From NCBI GenBank assembly GCA_030390025.1, contig CM059449.1, positions 2,356,001 through 2,420,000 on the forward strand: a stretch of 64,000 nucleotides of DNA, given 5' to 3'. The notes beneath the pieces were generated by a model, which was not told where the DNA came from, made no database searches, and worked only from the letters and a program-made list of their open reading frames with translations. Source of the stretch: Squalus acanthias. Taxonomy: Eukaryota. Position numbers and translations under genes: made by a program. The stretch's first letter is position 1, and every line of letters begins with the position of its first letter. Below, piece after piece: positions 1-9,891 of this stretch.

Positions 1-640
1 CCCTGTGCAGCTGAGCCATTCGTGGTGCCGTGGACTTGACTCTGGCTGCACTCCCCAGAGGAACCATCGCAGTCACCAGTACTCAGAACAGAATACTGGT
101 TGGAGAGCGCGATGCACTTCGGGGACTCTTGCACTACCTGCCTGGTCCTCCTCCTTCTCTCTGGCGGTCACCCATTCCCTCTCTGCCTGCACACTCTTAA
201 GCTGCGGGGTGACCACCTCGAGAAACGTGCGATCCACGTAACTCTCAGCCTCGCGGTTGCACCGCAGTGACTCCAGCCGCCGCTCAAGCTCCGAAACCCA
301 GAGCTCGAGTTGCTGTAGCTGGCGACACTTCTTGCACATATGGTTGTCCAGGCTACGCGAAGCGTCCAGGACTTCCCACATGGCACAGGATGTGCACTCC
401 ACGGGACTGAGCTGTCCTGCCATGCCTCTATTTAATAGACTAAGAACTAACTTAGCAGAAATAAACTTAAAACTCAACAAAAAACACTCACCAGCTACTC
501 ACCAATCAGCTCCTTCCCTTGTGTCACTTTTTATACCTGCTGTCCTGTGATGTCACACCTTGGTTTTTTTTGGACTCCTGGACTTTTCTCCTCTCTGCTC
601 CAGTTCCTGGCTAGGTCCGCTCCTCCTTGGCTGCTCAGTG
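1..640 (-). mobile_element. CR1 LINE 5' part (5'UTR plus ORF1 N-terminal zinc-finger/coiled-coil), continues beyond window start
   Basis: ORF 73..480(-) has CTSCAMWEV...HMCKKC followed by a leucine heptad, typical of CR1 ORF1; segment is absent from the duplicated copy near 51710. Confidence 0.75.
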
Positions 641-809
641 AGTCTGCAAGAGGAGACAAGTTAGAGACAGTTCAAACCCTCTACACAGCAGTTTAAATTA
701 GTTACTGTGGAAGTTTACAAGATAGAGAGTTGTATGTTGCTTCACTCCCAGTCTCCAGCCCCACTTCGAAGGGGAAATGGTTTTTCCACCACTTTTTATA
801 CTACCCCAC

Positions 810-2335
810 CCCAGCAAAGGCTATGGGCCCCGAAAACATTCCAGCTGTCCTTCTGAGGACTTGTGCTCCAGAACTAGCCGCACCTCTAGCCAAGCTGTTC
901 CAGTACAGCTACAACACTGGCATCTGTCTAACAATGTGGAAAACTGTTCTGTCCACAAAAAGCAGGACAAATCCAATCCGGCCAATTACCGCCCCATTAG
1001 TCTACTCTCAATCAATGTAAGGTGTCGTCAATAGTGCTATCAATTGCCACTTACTCACCAATAACCTGCTCACCGATGCCCAGTTTTCTGTTACGCCAGG
1101 ACCACTCTGCTCCAGACCACATTACAGCCTTGGTCCAAACATGGACAAAATAGCTGAATTCCAGAGGTGAGGTGAGAGTGACTGCCCTTGACATCAAGGC
1201 AGCATTTGACCGAGTGTGGCTTCAAGGAGCCCGAGTAAAATTGAAGTCAGTGGGCAGCGGGGAAAACTCTCCACTGGCTGGAGTCATACCAAGCACAAAG
1301 GAAGATGGTTGTGGTTGTTGGAGGCCAATCATCATAGCCCCGGGACCTCACTGCAGGAGTTCCTCAGGGCAGTGTCCTTGGCCCATCCATCTTCAGCTGC
1401 TTCATCAATGACCTTCTCTCCATCATAAGGTCAGAAGTGAGGAGGTGTGCTGATGATTGCACAGTGTTCAGTTCTATTCGCAACTCCTCAGATAATGAAG
1501 CAGTCCATTCCCGCAGGCAGCAAGTCCTGGACAACATTCAGGCTTGGGCTGATAAGTGGCAGGTAACATTTGTGGCACACAATGGTCAGGCAATGACTAT
1601 CTCCAACAAGAGGCAGTCTAACCACCACCCCTTGACCTTCAACAGCATTACCATCGCCGAATCCCCCACCATCAACATCCTAGGGGTCACCATTGACCAG
1701 AAACTTAACTGGACCAGCCACTTAAATACTGTAGCTGCAAGAGCAGGTCAGAAGCTGGGGATTCTGCAACAAGTGTCTCACCTCCTGACTCCTCAAAGCC
1801 TTTCCACCATCTACAAGGCACAAGTCAGGAGTGTGATGGAATACTCTCCACTTGCTTGGATGAGTGCAGCTCCAACAACACTCAAAAAGCTCAACAGCAC
1901 CCAGGACAAAGCAGCCCTCTTGATTGGCACCCCATCCATCACCTTAAACAGTCAATCCCGACAGCACTGGCGTACCGTGGCTGCAATGTGTACCATGTAC
2001 AAGTTGCACTGCAGGAACTCGCCAAGGCTTCTTCGGCAGCACCTCCTAACCCCGCGACCTCTACCACCTAGAAGAACAAGGGCAGCAGGTGAATGGGAAC
2101 TCCATCACGTCCAAGTCGTACACCATCCTGACTTGGAAAAATATCGCCGTTCCTTCATCGTCGCTGGGTCAAAATCCTGGAAATCCTTCCCGAACAGCAT
2201 TGGGGGAGCACCTTCACCACACAGACTGCGGTGGTTCAAGAAGGCGGCTCACCACCACCTTCTGAATGGCAATTAGGGATGAGCAATAAATGCTGGCGTT
2301 GCCAGCGACGCCCACATCCTAGGAACTAATTAAAA
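810..2335 (+). mobile_element. Non-LTR retrotransposon (CR1/L2/jockey group, distinct family) RT and 3' end, frameshifted
   Basis: [28 protein letters not shown] and [11 protein letters not shown] motifs; 3' end ggcaattagggatgagcaataaatgctggc; paralogous copy at 51870-53350. Confidence 0.85.
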
Positions 2336-2714
2336 ATAAATCACCCTGAGGCTCCATGGGATCTGTTTCAGTTACGCTCGTTGATTGCAATGATTCACGG
2401 ATAATTTTAGGTTCAGGATTCTGATCATTGGGTTTGCGCGACCATTTGGGCGGAATTCCACCTCGACCATTTTGGGTTCAATTTCCTGATTGTGAACACG
2501 CAGAAGCCCTTGAGTCTTCACTTAAACTTTATCTGGGCCAGCACCACCAAAACCAGACTGAACTCGTTCATTACTTTGCTGTGGGTGGGATCATGCTGTG
2601 CATAATATGTCTGACGCTGTTGTTTGCATAACAGTCACTGCACTTCAAACAGTAATTGATCGGATGTGGTGCGCTTTTGGGACATCCTGAGAATGTGATC
2701 AGTCGCTGTACAAC

Positions 2715-3460
2715 ACCAATAACAACTTGTATTTATACAGCGCCTTTAACATAGTAAAACGTCCCAAGGTGCTTCACAGGAGTGTTATCAGACAAAATGT
2801 GACACTGAGGCACATGAGATATTGGGACAGGTAACCAAAAATTTGGTCGATGAGGTTTTAAGGAGCGTGTTCAAGGAGGAGAGAGGCAGAGATTTAGGGA
2901 GGGAATTCCAGAGCTTAGGGCCCAGGCAGCTGAAGGTACGGCCGCCAATCGGGGCTGCGAAGGAGGCCAGAATTGGAGGAATGTAGAGATCTCGGAGGGT
3001 TGTGGGGCTGGAGGAGGTTACAGAGATAGGGAGGGTTGTGGGGCTGGAGGAGATTACAGAGATAGGGAGGGTTGTAGGGCTGGAGGAGGTTACAGAGATA
3101 GGGAGGGTTGTAGGGCTGGTGGAGGTTACAGAGATAGGGAGGGTTGTAGGTTCGGAGGAGATTACAGAGATAGGGAGGGATGAGGCCATGGAAGGATTTG
3201 AATACAAGGATGTGAATTTTAAAATTGAGGTGTTGCCAGACTGGGAGCCAATGTAGGTCAGCGAGCGCAGGGGTGATGGGTGAACGGGACGTGGTGCGAG
3301 TTAGGACACGGGCAGCAGTTTTGGATGAGCTCAAGTTTACAGAGAGTGGGAGATGGGAGGCCGGCCAGGAGTGTGTTGGAACAGTCAAGGTCTGGAGGTA
3401 ACAAAGGCATGGACTTAGGGTTTCAGCAGCCTATGAGCTGAGGTGGGGCAGAGAAGGGCG
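2715..3460 (-). mobile_element. L2-type LINE 3' remnant containing an expanded 36-bp minisatellite
   Basis: [40 protein letters not shown]; aac-type tail. Confidence 0.8.
2994..3180. repeat. 36-bp minisatellite (gggagggttgtagggctggaggaggttacagagata) x~5
   Basis: Directly visible tandem units; a single unit at the paralogous site ~54026. Confidence 0.9.
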
Positions 3461-3639
3461 ATGTGATCACTCGCTATATAAAGACAAGTCTTCCTTTGTC
3501 CCGTCCAAACACTGTCTGCTGTCTGAATTTGATTCTTCTCTTTAACTCATTAATGAAAGTTATTCCAAGTCCCTTGAAAATCACTGAGACCAGTCAGGAA
3601 ACTGGAGGTTGTTTCTAATGAAAATCTATTCTCTTCCAG

Positions 3640-3666
3640 ATCTACAGGAGCAGCTAATACTCTCAG
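3640..3666 (+). CDS. Gene A 27-nt cytoplasmic linker exon (DLQEQLILS)
   Basis: ttccag|ATCTACAGGAGCAGCTAATACTCTCAG|gtaaga; homologous exons in genes B and C. Confidence 0.75.
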
Positions 3667-4050
3667 GTAAGAAGAGTTGTGAGAAAATCTCAGCTGTGGT
3701 TCCATGGCCCCTCCATGCAGTGTGTAATTATTGAAAGGGATGATGCCCAGTATCAGTGTAGCTGGATTGTATTTTGTCGATAAGTATTGTGATGAATTCT
3801 GGTGATATTTATCTGCTCTGTGTGATGTCTCCGCTGAACAGCAGCTGTGCTGTAAGTTTTCCCGAAGGTTTTTACACAGGGTCACACACCATGAGCTGCT
3901 CCCTCCTGATCCACAATTACTGTGCGACCTCGTTCCCACAGAATGGTCTTACTGACGGAGATAAGCATCTTCTCACAGTGAGTGGATCCGGCTCCTTTAA
4001 GGTTCCTGTCTAGAAGTGGACAGTCCCGAGTGTGGTGGATACTGTGTGAT

Positions 4051-5836
4051 AGAGCATAGAGCATAGAAGATAGGAGCAGGAGTAGGCCATTCGGCCCCTC
4101 GAGCCTGCTCCGCCATTTAATGAGATCATGGCTGAACATCCAAATTCAGTACCCTGTCCCTGCTTTCTCCCCATATCCCTTGATCCCTTTAGCCCTAAGA
4201 AATATATCTAACTCCTTCTTGAATATATTTAATGAATTGGCCTCAACTGCCTTCTGTGGTAGAGAATTCCACAGGTTCACCACTCTCTGGGTGAAGAAAT
4301 TCCTCCTCATCTCAGTCCTAAATGGCTTACCCCTTATCCTTAGACTGTGACCCCTGGTTCTGGACTCCCCCGCCATCAGGAACATCCTTCCTGCATCTAG
4401 TCTGTCTAGTCCTGTTAGAATTTTATAAGTTTCAATGAGATCCCCTCTCATTCTTCTAAACTCTAGCGAATATAAGCCTAATCGACCCAATCTCTCTTCA
4501 TAAGTCATTCCTGCCATCCCAGGTATCAGTCTGGTGAATCTTTGCTGCACTCCCTCCATGGCAAGAACATCCTTCCTCAGATAAGGCAACCAAAGCTGCA
4601 CACATTACTCAAGGTCTGGTCTCACCAAGGCCTTGTACAACTGCAGCAAGACATCCTTGCTCCTGTACTCGAACCCTCTCGCTACGAAGGCCAACATACC
4701 ATTTGCCGTCTTAACCACCTGCTGCACCTGCATGCTTACCTTCAGCGACTGGTGCACAAGGACTCCCAGGTCTTGTTGCACTTCCCCTTTTCCCAATCTA
4801 TTGCCGTTCAGATAATAATTTGTCTTCTGTTTTTGCCACCAAAGTGGATAACCTCGCATTTATCCACATTATACTGCATCTGCCCAATCACCCAACCTGT
4901 CCAAATCATCCTGGAGTTTCTCTACATCCTCCTCACAGCACACACGCCCACCCAGCTTTGTGTCATCTGCAAACTTGGAGATATTACATCTAGTTCCCTC
5001 GTCTAGATCATTAATATATATTGTGAATAGCTGATGTCCCAGCACCGATCCCTGCGGTACCCCACCAGTCACTGCCTGCCACTCGGAAAAGACCCGTTTA
5101 TACCAACTCTTTGCTTCCTGTCTGCCAACCAGTTCTCTATCCAAATCAGTACCTTACTCCCAATCCCATGTGCTTTAACTTTGCACGCTAATCTCTTATG
5201 CGGGACCTTATCGAAAGCCTTCTGAAAGTCCAAATACACCACATCCACTGGTTCTCCCTTATCTATTCTACCAGTTACATCCTCAAAAAATTCCAGTAGA
5301 TTAGTCAGGCATGATTTACCTTTTGTAAATCCATGTTGACTTTGTCCGATCCTGTCACTGTTTTCCAAGTGCTCTGCTATTACATCTTTTATAATGGACT
5401 CTAGCATTTTGCCCACTACCGATGTCAGGCTATAATTCCCCATTTTTTCTCTACCACCTTTTTTAAATAGTGGGGTTACATTAGCTACCCTCCAATCCAT
5501 GGGTACTGTTCTAGAGTCTATAGAAATTTGAAAGATGACCAGCAATGCATCTACTATTTCTAGGGCCACTTCCTTAAGTACCCTCGGATGTAGATTATCA
5601 GGCGCTGGGGATTTATCGGCCTTCAATCCCGTCAATTTCCCTAACACCATTTCCCTTTAAATACTGATTTCATTCAATTCCTCCCTCTCATTAGACCCTA
5701 TGTTCCCCGACATCTCTGGGAGTTTATTTCTGTCCTCCTTTGTGAAGACAGAACCAAAGTATGTATTTAATTGGTCTGCCATTTCTTTGTTCCCCATTAT
5801 AAATTCCCCTGATTCTGACTGCAAGGGACCTACGCT
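4051..5836 (-). mobile_element. CR1 LINE, 5'-truncated RT and 3' end, inserted only in duplication copy 1
   Basis: [30 protein letters not shown]; tail (ctatgct)n; empty site tgtgtgatgtgcagc at 56722. Confidence 0.9.
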
Positions 5837-5992
5837 TGATGTGCAGCTCTCAGTGAGATATGTCAGTGGTGTCCGGGTCACTGTAAATAAATGACAATCA
5901 TTGTGTCGCCCGGTTCTGTGATCCATTTATGTTCAGTATTAACACTTTATTATATGACGGCGCCATTGATGTTATTTTAACCTGTTTTTCAG

Positions 5993-6019
5993 AGCGGGAA
6001 AGGCTTCGGATGTTTGCAG
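5993..6019 (+). CDS. Gene A 27-nt pre-B30.2 exon (ERERLRMFA)
   Basis: ttttcag|AGCGGGAAAGGCTTCGGATGTTTGCAG|gtgaga. Confidence 0.75.
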
Positions 6020-6851
6020 GTGAGAGACTTCAGATCCTGGAGCTGTGCCGGTTTCTATCTTGTGAAGTTCTGGTCTGTGCGGAGTGTTTAACATCCGTGG
6101 GGGAGCCCTGTCAATAATTAAAACATCAGCATTTCTACAAGTCCTGTCTGAAACACCGTCTGTCTATAAATACTGCAGTGAGTGAGAGGGGACTGTGCCA
6201 CAGGGTCAGGGTGGTGACTCATTCCCGACAGAGCTGTTGTCTATTTCTCCTTGTAACAGCACATGCCACTGATATTAATATAAAGATTAATCTCTTAATT
6301 CTAAAGGCACAGCCTGAGGTCACACAATCCAGCTGGGTGTCAGGCCCGGTAGATTCAGTGAGATTCCTGCTGCCAGATCCCTGCTCCAGGCTTGGGCTGT
6401 TGGGCTTGAAGCTCCCGGTAGGGAGTTGGATGGACAGAGCCCCTCTCAGTGCCTGATAGTCAGAGTCCCAGGCTGCAGGTTCGGCTCACTCCTGCTCACA
6501 CTGCAGTCACAGTGTAGGTATTGAGCTTTGACACTGTGATACTGTCTGAAATATGATGGGGGAGGAAGTGACTGATAAACATTCAGAGTCACACAGCACC
6601 TGTAGGAAACGGGGTAAACAGCCGGATGTTTATATAATGGAGATGTTTAAAATCATCTCAGCATGTCCCTGGTGTGTGTGTATTTTACTTGTCCCTTTCC
6701 GACAATCATTGACTCTCAATCTGTTTGGAAGGGTGAGGGTCTGCTCCTGCTCACGGAGTAGGCTTCAGGGTCAAAGTGGCTGAATGGGCCGATCCCCAGA
6801 CAGGAGAGAGACCGAGAGAAATGGTGTAAAAGTGATTATTGGACTGGGTCC

Positions 6852-6992
6852 GGTCTGTGTGTGACCTGCAGGTACACTGAGCTGGTCCGTTCTGGGATTG
6901 CACCGGGTGTGAATGTGGAGTTGGGTCTGTGTGTGACCTGCAGGTACACTGAGCCGGTCCGTACCGGGATTGTACCAGGTGTGAATGTGGGT
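6852..6992. repeat. 72-bp minisatellite x2 (x4 in paralog at 60751-61035)
   Basis: ggtctgtgtgtgacctgcaggtacactgag...gtgtgaatgtggagttg units. Confidence 0.85.
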
Positions 6993-7087
6993 CAGCGAGC
7001 TGGGATCAGGCCGCTCCGGGTTTTTGCTCCTGATTGGTGATGGTTCGAGCTCCAGGTGCCGGACTCAGTTTTATATTTTTATTGCAG

Positions 7088-7625
7088 AGCCTGTGACTCT
7101 GGACCTGGACACAGCGCATCCCTGGCTCATCGTGTCTGAGGACCGGACCAGTGTGAGATTCGGAGACAAACGGCAGGAGCTCCCTGACACCCCGGAGAGG
7201 TTTGATTACTGGTTCTGTGTCCTGGGATCGGAGGGATTCACATCAGGGAGACACTACTGGGAGGTGGAGGTGGAGGACAAGACTCGGTGGATCCTGGGAG
7301 TGATCCGAGTGTCTGCCGCGAGGAAAGGGGAAATCGGCCTGAGCTCTGAGACTGGATTGTGAGGCTGAAACCCCGATACGGCTATTTAGCCCTCACCGCC
7401 CCCTCACAGGCCCGCTTCACCCAGAGTGTGAAGCCCCGGAAGATCGGGGTCTACCTGGACTACGAGGACGGACAGGTGTCATTTTACAATGCGGACAACA
7501 TGTCCGAACTCTACACTTTCACCCACACTTTCACTGAGAGAATCTTTCCCATCTTCAGTCCGGAATGGAATGATGACAGGAAAAACTCCGCCCCCCTGAC
7601 AATCTGCGAGGTTAAAGGTCACTAA
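7088..7625 (+). pseudogene. Gene A B30.2 (PRY-SPRY) exon, frameshifted (TGA at 7360-7362)
   Basis: Acceptor tttttattgcag; ORFs 6985..7362 and 7359..7625 jointly align to the intact paralog 61062-61606. Confidence 0.9.
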
Positions 7626-7906
7626 CAGTAATGGGTCTATTTCCATCATTTTACCTCCAATTTCAGTTTCTCATTCCATTTCCTCCCGGGTGTTTCTGTG
7701 TAATAAACATTCCCAATTACAACTCAGTTTGTAATCAGTGTTTGACTGGAACCCCAGCAGGGCCGGGGGTCACTGAATAACCCTCCCACCCTCACCCTGC
7801 AACTTATCATCCCCGCCCAACCTGGACTGGAATAGTCTCTGCCCCTCCAGAGACCACAGCCTGGAATTCCTGTGGAGATATTACCCGATCGATCTGCGAG
7901 GTTAGC

Positions 7907-8039
7907 AGTCCTGATCCGGAGTGAAGTGTATATAACTCAGTCCCGATCCGGAGTGAAGTGTCTGTAACTCGGTCCCGATCCGGAGTGAAGTGTCTGTAAC
8001 TCAGTCCCGATCCGGAGTGAAGTGTCTGTAACTCAGTCC
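7907..8039. repeat. 32-bp tandem repeat (agtcccgatccggagtgaagtgtctgtaactc) x4
   Basis: Visible tandem units. Confidence 0.85.
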
Positions 8040-8847
8040 TGTTGTACCAGCCCCGTGCTCTCTCCCATGATTATATTCTGGGCAGGGAATTGTTCGGAGG
8101 CAGTTTTGAGGGTCAGTTCACCAGGACTCGTGTTTCTGCTCGCAGTGTTTTATATTATTGCTGTAACAGCATTATTCCAGCACTGGCTAATCTGTACTTT
8201 GGGAGCGACACATAGAGTGGCCAAACCCAGGGATGTCAGCCCCGGGGTCCAGCTCCTCCGAGGGATTATTGCCGAGTTTCCATCACTCGATATTAAACAG
8301 TTAATGTTTGTAAAGGCTTCTTTCAGTAAAATAGATTTTATAAATCTGCTAATGCCACAAATGAACAACACGTTTATCGGTGTTTCCATGTCACTGGCTT
8401 TTTACAGAGTGAATAAACAGATCCGTGGAAACAATGAGGTTGATTTGAGTGGTGTTTTATTCCAGAAATTTGAAGCATTTCCTTGCTCGTTTTGTGGCCC
8501 CATTTACTCCACATTTTACTGTTTTCAGACTCTTGTCAGCAATCCTGATCTCAGCAATTCTGTGAAGATTCAGGAACATTGGCCTAAAATTAGTTATGGA
8601 TAACATTTAATTAATCTGTACCATGTTCTGTGTAATTTCACACGGTACCGTTACATTTATTTAACCCATTTCTGTTAAACAGGTTAATGACTCCGCTCAA
8701 ACATGTTGTGTTTCTCTGCCAGAGTATTTCAATATAACCTGCATTATATTAGAAAGCAGAGTCTTAACATCACTGGGGAGAATGATGTTTGTACAAAAGT
8801 GAGAAGTCGCACAACACCAGGTTATAGTCCAACAGTTTTATTTGAAA

Positions 8848-8885
8848 TCACAAGCTTTCGGAGCTGCTGCCCCTTCGTCAGGTGA
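8848..8885 (-). ncRNA. Minimal type I hammerhead ribozyme (Penelope-type)
   Basis: Minus strand UCAC-CUGACGA-A-GGGGC-AGCA-GCUCC-GAAA-GC-UU-GUGA. Confidence 0.75.
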
Positions 8886-9485
8886 AGTGAAGGAATACGA
8901 ATCAGCAAAGCATATATAGACAGAGAACAATGCCTGTGTAGCGTACAATGTCAGACGACTACATTTAATCCTTCTGACTGCCTTTCGTCACACCTCGGCA
9001 GAGAAACAATCAGGTCAGCCAGGAAGGCACCACATCAAAGACGTAGCAAGATACAACTGAGACAATGAGGTGGGGTCACAGGGGGTCTAATGTGTCAAAT
9101 GCTGCAGTCGGTATGGAAAAACATAAACTTTAACATTTTTACTTTTTTTTACTGGAAATCACATCTGTGAACAAGCCAACGACGACTCGAGTCTGGACTT
9201 GTTCACAGATGTGATTTCCAGTAAAAAAAAAGTAAAAATTTTAAAGTTTATGGTTTTCCATACAGACTGCATTTGACACATAAGACCCCCTGTGACCCCA
9301 CCTCATTGTCTCAGTTGTATCTTGCTATGTCTTTGATCTGGTGCCTTCCTGGCTGACCTGATTGTTTCTCTGCTGAGGTGTGATGAAAGGCAGTCAGAAG
9401 GATTAAATGTAGTCGTCTGACATTGTACGCTACACAGGCATTGTTCTCTGTCTATATATGCTTTGCCGATTCGTATTCCTTCACT

Positions 9486-9523
9486 TCACCTGACGAAGGG
9501 GCAGCAGCTCCGAAAGCTTGTGA
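9486..9523 (+). ncRNA. Minimal type I hammerhead ribozyme (Penelope-type)
   Basis: tcac ctgacga a ggggc agca gctcc gaaa gc tt gtga: stem I tcac/gtga, stem II, palindromic AGCU stem III. Confidence 0.75.
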
Positions 9524-9891
9524 TTTCAAATAAAACTGTTGGACTATAACCTGGTGTTGTGCGACTTCTCACTTTTGTCCACCCCAGTCCAACACCGGCA
9601 TCTCCGCATCTTTGTACAATATGACATACAATTAATACACTTTTCAGTAGATGCTTTATTTTACACTTTAACTGCAAACTCTGATCAGCTTTTTTGAGTT
9701 TTTTAGCATTGTTTCTACTGTGGGCATCAGTGGCAAGGCTGACAATTATTACCCATTCCTAATTGCCCTTGAGAAGGTGTTGGTGAGCCGCCTTCTTGAA
9801 CCACTGCAGTCCGTGTGGTGAAGGTATTCCCACAGTGCTGTTAGGGAGAGAGTTCTAGGATTTTGACCCAGCGACGATGAAGGAACAACAA

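Larger units (their letters stand above)
3640..7625 (+). pseudogene. Butyrophilin-like gene A, 3' portion: exons 3640-3666, 5993-6019, 7088-7625 (B30.2/PRY-SPRY with 7-nt deletion frameshift at ~7356); 5' exons outside window
   Basis: Two 27-nt phase-1 exons ([18 protein letters not shown]) with ag/gt sites; B30.2 motifs [33 protein letters not shown] split over two frames; AATAAA ~7701. Confidence 0.85.
643..7897 (+). repeat. Segmental duplication copy 1 (direct repeat of ~51712-61880)
   Basis: Colinear near-identical unique sequence, from tctgcaagaggagacaagttagagac at both starts to cccgatcgatctg(c/t)gaggt at both ends, apart from copy-specific TE insertions. Confidence 0.95.
8793..9610. 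mobile_element. Palindromic non-autonomous Penelope-like element (two ~390-bp inverted arms 8793-9188 / 9189-9578)
   Basis: Arms are near-perfect reverse complements centred on gactc|gagtc; each outer end has a hammerhead motif; tttgtacaa repeated at both flanks (probable TSD). Confidence 0.8.

Noticed and set aside
3550-4013. ORFs conserved at 3550/56229 and 3774/56453
   Set aside because: Similarity is due to the recent segmental duplication of intron sequence; no domain features
7907-8039. 32-bp repeats resembling a CRISPR array
   Set aside because: Head-to-tail units with no unique spacers; vertebrate DNA; no cas genes
8022-8603. 193-aa ORF with hydrophobic stretch
   Set aside because: Starts at GTG within a tandem repeat, no recognisable domain or splice structure
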